A program made the translations under genes and the position numbers. A stretch of DNA of 64,000 nucleotides. Source: Pyrinomonadaceae bacterium (lineage in GTDB: Bacteria; Acidobacteriota; Blastocatellia; Pyrinomonadales; Pyrinomonadaceae). The DNA lies in NCBI GenBank assembly GCA_041750995.1, contig JBGSYG010000018.1, positions 18,218 through 82,217 of the forward strand. Direction: 5' to 3'. Below the pieces are notes generated by a model, which did no database searches, was not told the origin of the DNA, and was given only the letters and a program-made list of their open reading frames with translations. Below, one piece after another: positions 26,363 through 33,700 of the stretch (within the stretch, counting starts at the first letter, position 1; every line of letters begins with the position of its first letter).

Positions 26363-26815
26363 ATGACGTCCCTGACTTCTGACAATTTGAGCAACCATGC
26401 GTCTTACACAGACGCACACATTGCTGCCTACCCAGTTGAGTACATTGCCGGGATTGATTTATACAACGCCGGAGAGTTTCACGCGGCTCACGATGCCTGG
26501 GAGGAACGTTGGATGGGAGAAGTGGGCCCGCAGGAAAAACTTTTTCTGCAGGCAATGATTCAGTCAGCTGTTGCTTTTCATCATCTGGAAATAGGTCGGC
26601 CCGGTGCAGCGCGCCGAATGCATCAGATGGCTGGGGAGAAGTTTGCGCGTCTCGGTGTAAGCGTTTTCATGTCGCTTGATCTAGTCGACTACCAGGCCCA
26701 GCTCGAAAACGCGCTCGCATGGTTGCGGGATGCTCCCGACCCGCGTGATCTAGTTCAGCCCCAGATAACTCCACCCAAGATCAAACTGATGTCCCAGATC
26801 ATGCCCTACGATTGA
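26363..26815 (+). CDS. DUF309-domain protein
   Basis: GIDLYNAGEFHAAHDAWEERW ... LQAMIQSAVAFHH matches my recollection of the DUF309 signature. Confidence 0.65.
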   Translation: MTSLTSDNLSNHASYTDAHIAAYPVEYIAGIDLYNAGEFHAAHDAWEERWMGEVGPQEKLFLQAMIQSAVAFHHLEIGRPGAARRMHQMAGEKFARLGVSVFMSLDLVDYQAQLENALAWLRDAPDPRDLVQPQITPPKIKLMSQIMPYD

Positions 26816-26824
26816 AGTCGTTAT

Positions 26825-27337
26825 ATGAACCCTATCAAATCCATTAATTATGTCCGCCTGGTCTTGCCGGGAATGTGGTTGGGCGCCGCTGTCTATTTCA
26901 GCGCGATTGTCGCACCCAGCGCCTTCGCCGTGCTACGCAGTTACCAAAGCTTCAACGCTGGAGAGATTGCCGGCGCCATAGTTAACCGCAACCTTGCGGC
27001 AATTAATCTTAGTGGCTTTGTAATAGGTGTCGTTCTGTTCGTCACCGGGTTTATTAGATTCCGAAAAGTGCCGCTGCCCTCTTTCCTGATCGAGATGGTT
27101 GGCGTCACTGTCCTAAGTGTTGCAACAGCGGTCGGCAACTGGATCATTGCTCCTAAACTTCGCTCTCTACGACTGACACTACAGGTGCCGATAGACCAAC
27201 TGGCGGTCACCGATCCGCGCCGGATCTCATTCGACAAGCTTCACGCTTATTCCGTGAAGGCCCTTAGTGTTGCTATGATTGCGGCCCTCCTGGGACTTGT
27301 AATGATCACGCTGCGAGCGCAACGTGATGCAAAGTAA
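26825..27337 (+). CDS. DUF4149/TMEM205-like four-helix membrane protein
   Basis: 170 aa with four hydrophobic segments. The N-terminal GAAVYFSAIVAPSAF is typical of the family. Confidence 0.55.
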   Translation: MNPIKSINYVRLVLPGMWLGAAVYFSAIVAPSAFAVLRSYQSFNAGEIAGAIVNRNLAAINLSGFVIGVVLFVTGFIRFRKVPLPSFLIEMVGVTVLSVATAVGNWIIAPKLRSLRLTLQVPIDQLAVTDPRRISFDKLHAYSVKALSVAMIAALLGLVMITLRAQRDAK

Positions 27338-27369
27338 CGGTTCTGTTTAGTTTGTAGGAAGGGTATGCC

Positions 27370-28185
27370 GTGGAAATTATTGAGCAAATAGAAGAGTGGC
27401 GGAAGCGTTATGCCGAGTGGCACAAGGATCATGGGGCCGCTCAGACTAATGGTGACGTAGGAGAGTCGTACCCGTTCGTCGTTAATAAGCGAGCTCCATT
27501 CACACCCGCGCGGCGCGCGTTGCCAATGCTTAATTTGGCATTGATTTCTTCAGCTGGCGCTTACCTCGACGGCACTCAGCCTTTCAATGTTAGTGATGTT
27601 GCTGGTGATGTAAGTTTTCGGGAGATACCGATTGAAGTTGGTCCTGACGATCTGAAGTTTACGGCGCGCGGATACGATCCAGCTGCTGTGCATGCCGATC
27701 TCAACACTCAACTTCCGCTACAGCGACTAGCCGAATTTCAGGCAAACCGAATCATCGGCCAACTAAATCCTGTCTTTTGGAGTTTTGCCGGATTCATTCC
27801 GAACGCCGCTAACATCGTCGATGAAATGTTGCCCCAACTTCAAGAACGCGTGCGGCGCTATGAGGTGCAGGCGGCCTTGCTCATCCCAGCTTCACGCTTA
27901 TGCCACCAGTCAGTGTCCCTAATTGCCCGCGCGTTAGAGTTGAATGGCTTACCGACCATGACACTAGCAGTCGCTCAGGATGTCGTGGAAGTGGTGAGAC
28001 CGCCACGTGCTGCTTGTTACGCGGGGGAGTTAGGCAGCGTGGCTGGAAAACCTAACTGGCCCGAACATCAACGGCGGGTTCTCGATGAGGCGCTGCGTCT
28101 AATTGAGCCCATGGACCAGCCGGCGATTCGCCAACTGACTGTAACGCTCCAAAGCCAAGTCCAAAACGAGCGCGGCGAACGCTAG
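27370..28185 (+). CDS. GrdB/PrdB-family (reductase 'selenoprotein B'-like) protein, short non-Sec form
   Basis: GTG start. ISSAGAY.., FREIP, ARGYDP..VHADLN..LPLQRL and LLIPASRLCHQSVSLIARALELNGLPTMTL resemble the GRDB family layout. The assignment is from memory only. Confidence 0.5.
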   Translation: MEIIEQIEEWRKRYAEWHKDHGAAQTNGDVGESYPFVVNKRAPFTPARRALPMLNLALISSAGAYLDGTQPFNVSDVAGDVSFREIPIEVGPDDLKFTARGYDPAAVHADLNTQLPLQRLAEFQANRIIGQLNPVFWSFAGFIPNAANIVDEMLPQLQERVRRYEVQAALLIPASRLCHQSVSLIARALELNGLPTMTLAVAQDVVEVVRPPRAACYAGELGSVAGKPNWPEHQRRVLDEALRLIEPMDQPAIRQLTVTLQSQVQNERGER

Positions 28186-28226
28186 CAGAGTCAAGCCTCA
28201 CAATCTGAGACTAAACATCACCATCC

Positions 28227-29300
28227 ATGTCTGTAATCAAACGGTTACTGCTGCTGGGCGTTGTATTGATCGCCGTCGTCTTCGTTTATCTGTCTTTCTG
28301 GCCCGTGCCTATCGAACCCGCAGCCTGGACTCCTCCAGCAGCGCCTTCTCTCACGGGACCGTATCAACAGAATAATCGCCTGGCCGGAATGGAAAGGCTT
28401 TCCCTGGGTCATGGTTTCGCACCCGAGGACGTGGCGATTGACGCTGAGCAGCGCATCTATGCCGGTCTCGACGATGGCCGCATCATGCGTTTGCAAAAAG
28501 ATGGCACGCGGCCCGAGCTGTTCGCTGACACGAAAGGACGACCGCTCGGCTTGAAGTTCGACAACTCGGGCAATCTCATCGTCGCCGACGCAATCAAAGG
28601 CTTGCTGTCAGTTGATCGCAGCGGAGCGATTTCCGTGCTGACCACGGCGGCGGACGGAATTGCTTTTCTCATCACCAACGATTTGGACATTGCCGAGAGC
28701 GGCACGATCTACTTCACGGATGCGTCCACCCGCTTTCCTCTGACGAATTACAAGGCAGACATTTTGGAGCACCAATCAACAGGACGTTTGCTAGCCTACG
28801 AGCCTTCGACCAAAACCACGCGGCTGGTACTGGGAGGGCTTAGCTTTGCGAATGGTGTCGCCCTGAGTCCTGACCAGTCTTTTGTCCTCGTTAATGAAAC
28901 TGGAAAGTACAGAATCCATCGCGTCTGGTTAAGCGGCGCAAACTCCGGCAAGTCGGAGATATTTATCGACAACCTTCCCGGCTTTCCCGATGGCATCTCC
29001 TCAAACGGCAAAGACAAGTTTTGGCTGGCGCTTGTGACTCCGCGCGACGCAACTCTCGACAAACTGCTGCCGCATCCATTCGTGAGAAAGGCAGTTTGGC
29101 GCTTGCCGCCGTTTCTTCGCCCGGCGCCGAAACGGTATTCATTCGTCCTCGGCCTGGATACCAATGGTCGAGTAGTCGAGAACCTGCAAAACGGTTCAGC
29201 GGATTGCTATGCGCAGATAGCCAACGCCGTAGAGCATGATGGCTTTCTTTATTTTGGGAGCATCGGTGAGGCTGCGGTCGGGCGCTGGCAGATTCGCTAA
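28227..29300 (+). CDS. Strictosidine-synthase-like / SGL-type six-bladed propeller protein with N-terminal membrane anchor
   Basis: The N-terminal helix is LLLLGVVLIAVVFVYLSFW. The motifs PEDVAID, GRPLGL, IYFTDAS and FANGVALSPD are typical of Str_synth/APMAP-like proteins. Confidence 0.8.
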   Translation: MSVIKRLLLLGVVLIAVVFVYLSFWPVPIEPAAWTPPAAPSLTGPYQQNNRLAGMERLSLGHGFAPEDVAIDAEQRIYAGLDDGRIMRLQKDGTRPELFADTKGRPLGLKFDNSGNLIVADAIKGLLSVDRSGAISVLTTAADGIAFLITNDLDIAESGTIYFTDASTRFPLTNYKADILEHQSTGRLLAYEPSTKTTRLVLGGLSFANGVALSPDQSFVLVNETGKYRIHRVWLSGANSGKSEIFIDNLPGFPDGISSNGKDKFWLALVTPRDATLDKLLPHPFVRKAVWRLPPFLRPAPKRYSFVLGLDTNGRVVENLQNGSADCYAQIANAVEHDGFLYFGSIGEAAVGRWQIR

Positions 29301-29311
29301 TGCCGTAATAA

Positions 29312-29378
29312 TCCGAAATACCGGGCCGAAATATCGAAATATCGGAAATATCGAAATATCGAAATATCGAAATATCGG
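29312..29378. repeat. Octamer array GAAATATC, about 6 units plus flanking half-units
   Basis: Read directly (cgaaatatcgaaatatcggaaatatcgaaatatcgaaatatcgaaatatcgg). Confidence 0.9.
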
Positions 29379-29572
29379 TTACCTGCTACACAGCTGTATA
29401 CCTCATAACCAGTCTCCGCGACCTGCATTCACTAACGAATACCTCGTTATCCAATTCCTGCCAGTTTTCTGGATAGCTGGTATCCACGAAGAGTTTTTGT
29501 AATGCAAGGCTCTTTCAGCGTAAGTTGTTCAAAGCAGCTGGCCTAAGACTCTTACTACAAATGTTGCAGTTG

Positions 29573-29588
29573 TGGCACAGGCATTGTA
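29573..29588 (+). promoter_or_regulatory. Candidate sigma-54 (-24/-12) promoter
   Basis: TGGCACaggcaTTGTa matches the spacing of the TGGCAC-N5-TTGC consensus. The -12 element reads TTGT instead of TTGC. It lies 53 nt upstream of the PKS ATG. Confidence 0.35.
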
Positions 29589-29640
29589 ATAGAAAAACAA
29601 CGAACGCGCAGATGGAATCCGGTCCCCCAGGGAGAAACCA

Positions 29641-30774
29641 ATGATCAACTTACTATCAGCAGCCACCGCCACACCCCAGCATTGCCTTCAGACCACCGAC
29701 CTCGTCTCGGCCCTGATGCACAAGGTTTCTCCCGAGCTGATCAATTCCATCAACAGTCTGGGCGTCAACCAGCGTTACTCCACTTTGGAAAACTATGCCG
29801 AGTTTTTGACAGGCAAACCGGCCAGACCGACCAGCTCAACCACCCAGTTAGGCGTCGCCGCCACCAAACGCTGCATCGAGCAATGGCAAGGCGACCCTTC
29901 CAAAATTGGTTTGCTGATCGCGGCCACTAACACACCGGACCAGATGTTGCCGTGTCTCGCTTCAGAAGTGATGGGACGAACTCACGGTCTTCTGTCCCGC
30001 TCACTCAGAACCGTTAGCATGCAAGCCCAAGGCTGTTCGGTTCTGTTGAAATCGATTGAGGTTGCCCAATGGTATCTGGCCGCCAACCCCGGTCAGATGG
30101 CCATGGTTCTGATGGCTGAAGCTCATACTCCCTATGTCGCGCCCCTCCTCCGCGATGAATACAAAGGCTTTCGCGAACTCCTACGACTCAGAAAGGACAA
30201 CAGAATAGATGATGAACAATTCGAACAACAGAGGTTGGATACGACCTTTGTGATTCAGTCTATGCTCTTTGGCGATGGGGCAGTGGCCTTGTTAGTTGGT
30301 AAGGAAGAAGGCAAGCCCGAGTTCGGTCCCATCTCACACTTAACAAACGAGGAAGCTGATGACATGAATCTTCTCACCATGACCAGCAACAGCTCACATC
30401 CTCATCTCAAGGGCCGCCCGCAATACTTCATGCGGCCCAGCGTTCCCGCGCGCGGCGCCCACTATGCCGTCACCACCGTCAAGAATGTTTTGGAACATCC
30501 GGATTGTCCCGTTTCGGATCTGGAGCAGGTGGACAATTGCCTGATTCATACCGGCAGCAAAAAGATTCTTGACGGCGTTTGTTCGCAACTGGATCTCGAC
30601 ACCGACTCAGATAAAGTCCACGGCTCTTACGAAGTTCTCAAGAGATATGGCAACCTCTCGAGCGCCTCGACCGGATTTATGCTTGCAGAGAAGAATGAGT
30701 GGCGCGGACCTGCGATGGTAGTAGGATTTGGAGTCGGATTTACCGCCAGCGCGGGCATCATGAACTACAACTAG
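29641..30774 (+). CDS. Type III polyketide synthase / KAS III-like condensing enzyme
   Basis: Cys-His-Asn triad contexts are present: AQGCSVLL, LIHTGSKKIL, YGNLSSAS. GGGAGA lies 6 nt before the ATG. There is an insertion of about 40 aa (RDEYKGFRELLRLRKDNRIDDEQFEQQRL) relative to canonical enzymes. Confidence 0.75.
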   Translation: MINLLSAATATPQHCLQTTDLVSALMHKVSPELINSINSLGVNQRYSTLENYAEFLTGKPARPTSSTTQLGVAATKRCIEQWQGDPSKIGLLIAATNTPDQMLPCLASEVMGRTHGLLSRSLRTVSMQAQGCSVLLKSIEVAQWYLAANPGQMAMVLMAEAHTPYVAPLLRDEYKGFRELLRLRKDNRIDDEQFEQQRLDTTFVIQSMLFGDGAVALLVGKEEGKPEFGPISHLTNEEADDMNLLTMTSNSSHPHLKGRPQYFMRPSVPARGAHYAVTTVKNVLEHPDCPVSDLEQVDNCLIHTGSKKILDGVCSQLDLDTDSDKVHGSYEVLKRYGNLSSASTGFMLAEKNEWRGPAMVVGFGVGFTASAGIMNYN

Positions 30775-30780
30775 CTGAAG

Positions 30781-33700
30781 CTAGACGTTCACGTGCTCGA
30801 GAGCCGGACGTTCGCGACAGACCTGGGCAATGGTGTTACTCACCTGAACAAAATCAAACGGCTTGCCGATGATGGCGTTCACCAGCTGAGCCTCGCCGGC
30901 GGGTGGCGTCGTGCCGGGTCCGTAGCCGGTAACTAAAACAATATTCATCTCCGGCCAGCGCTTGCGAATCTCACGCGCCGTCTCCCAGCCGTCCATTTCG
31001 GGCATAGCCAAATCGCTAAAGACAAGATCAAATTCACCCTCGCTGAGTTTCTGAATGGCTTGCTGTCCGCTCTCGGCAATCAAGACTCTGTGACCCATGG
31101 CTTCCAGCATGTCTGCGAGGGTTTCCCTCACAAACTCTTCATCATCGACGACGAGAATCGAAATCGCATTTTGTTCGGGCAATGAATTTGTTTCGTTTTC
31201 CTCGGTGCACTCGGTATCGTGGGCCGTTAAATCTATTGTGAAGACAGTGCCGCACCCGGGCTCTGAGACGACGCTAATTGCTCCCTCATGCCGTTCGATA
31301 ATGCTGTAACTGACCGAGAGGCCAAGGCCGGTTCCATGTGCACCCTTTGTGGAGAAAAATGGTTCAAATATTTTCTGCCTCACATCTTCCGGCATTCCAG
31401 TGCCGGAATCGGCGAACTTCAGACGCAGGTGGCCATTTTCGCGTTCGGAGCTAACATCAAGTTTTCCGCCCTCCGGCATTGCGTCTACCGCATTGACGAT
31501 CAGGTTTACAAACACTTCACGCAACTCGGAAGCGCTGCCGTAGGTATTCTGACCGGGTTTCGCATCGAGTGTGACTTCATATTCCAGCCCCCGCAGGCGA
31601 GCTTCGTTTTGCCAACGCGTGCGGGTGATTTCGACAGCGTCGTTTAGCAAACTGCCAACATCGAGGACCTCAAACTCTTTCGCCGGCGCCTTCCGAGCGA
31701 ACGTTTGAATGCGACGCACGGTGGCGGCCGCGTCTTCTGCTGCCGTTTGAATGATGTCCAGATTGCGAACCAGGGCCTCGTCCTTCAACTGCCGACGGAG
31801 CAACTGCGCTCTACCCAGAATTGCCGCTAGTGAATTATTGAAATCGTGCGCCACACCCGAAGCCAGCTGTCCCAACGCCCGTAGTTTGTCTGCGCGTGCT
31901 GCACGTTCACGCTCTTCCTTTTGTTCAGTGATATCGCGCGCGATTCCCAGCACGCCAGTCACCTGGCCATCAACTACCAAAGGTGAGTTGTCGACGCGGG
32001 CATAACGCAGTTGCCCATCAGGAGAGAAGAAACGCATTTCATAAGTCTGAGCAGCACCGCCCAGGGCAGCCGCCAGTTTCTCAGAAACCATATCCCGATC
32101 ACTCTCGTGGACCAGGTCAAGCAACGGCCGACCGATGAATTCGTCGCGGCTGTAGCCTAATCCCGTCTGCGTTGCCGTGTTGCACCACTTGAAGCATCCG
32201 TCAGTATCAACTGCGTAGATCGACTCGCGAGCGCTCTGAAGGATGTTAGTCAGCAACGATTGATGTTCGCGGGCAACTGCCTGAACCTTTCGCAACTCGG
32301 AAAGGTCGCGGGCAGTGCAAACGACACCAATCGTTTTGTCGTCTTTGTCTGGAACCGGCTCGACGGACACGAGCAAGGGACGATTGAGTCCGATCGGAGT
32401 GATTTCAATCGTGGCACTCTGCCTTCTCTCAATCGCTTTTTCGACCACGCAACCTTCCTCTTCGGCACGGCTGCGGAGAATGTCGCAACATTTACGGCCG
32501 AGCAGCAGGCGAGGCTCGGTGTTTTCCATCATTGCCCCGGCACGATTAACTCGCTTCAGCCGTCCATTACGGTCAAAAATGAAGATGCCGTCAGACATTG
32601 CATCAAAAGTAGTTTCCCATTCCTGTTTGCCGCGGGCCACCATCTCGAAGAGCTCAGCCTGGGCAATACCGATCGCGAGACGTTCCGCGACAGCCTCGAC
32701 TAGAGCGGCCTCATCGTCACTCCAATAACGAATCCGATCCGTCTGATGAATGCATAGGACACCGCGGAATAGTCCTTTGACGATAACCGGAAAGTTGATC
32801 AACGAACGGACCTTGAGTCGTGCTGCCTCCGCGCGAATGCTGGCCGCAAAGTCAGGCTCCCCTTCTTCATAAATCAGGGCATTCGCAATCATGATCGGCT
32901 TCTCAGACTCGAGCAGGGAACTACCAAGCGGATCTTCGAAACTTATTTCTAATGATCCCAGGCTATCGCAACCAGAGGCGACAAATTCGTGCTCGACAGG
33001 TGAGACCGGGTTCTCGGGATGATAAAGATGCAGGTAGACACGGGACGCGGATAACGCCTGGCCCAGTTCACGGGTAGCTGTACGCAAAACCTCGGGAAGA
33101 CTCAGTGAGGCTCGAAGCGCTGTTGAGACACGGTTAACCAAGGATTCGCGTGTCGAAGTGGCTTCGGCCTTTTGGTAAAGCTGCGCCTGACGAATCGCTA
33201 TTCCTGTTTGGTCGGCAACCGCCTTTGCGAGCGCAATATCGGAATCGGTCCAGTTGCGCTGTTCCCGGGTGGTGGAAAGCGCAAAAGCTGCCGGCACTTC
33301 ATCTCCAACGCGGATTGCCACGTACATGATAGATTGCACGTCTGCGTCTTTCAGGATCTTTTCGTAAAGGGTCCTGATCCGTTCGTCGTTGGCAGCATCG
33401 TTAAAAACCAGGACGCCTTTTTCACCGATTGCTTCGGCGAGACTTGCTACATCGCCGAGGGCAAAGTCGCTCGCTGCCGGCTTAACTCCTACCGCATGAT
33501 ATTCAGCGACATTCCGGAGATGACGCGCATTCTCGTCTTTCATGAAAAGAGAGCAGCGATCTACGGCGAGATAAGAACCCAACTCGCGTACAGCCGATTC
33601 GAAAATTTCGGATGTTTCGAGGGTGCGCCGTACGGCTTGTGAGATGCCGTGGGTGATTGCTTCACGCTCGGCTTGATTGGCAAGTGCCTTCTCAGCCTGC

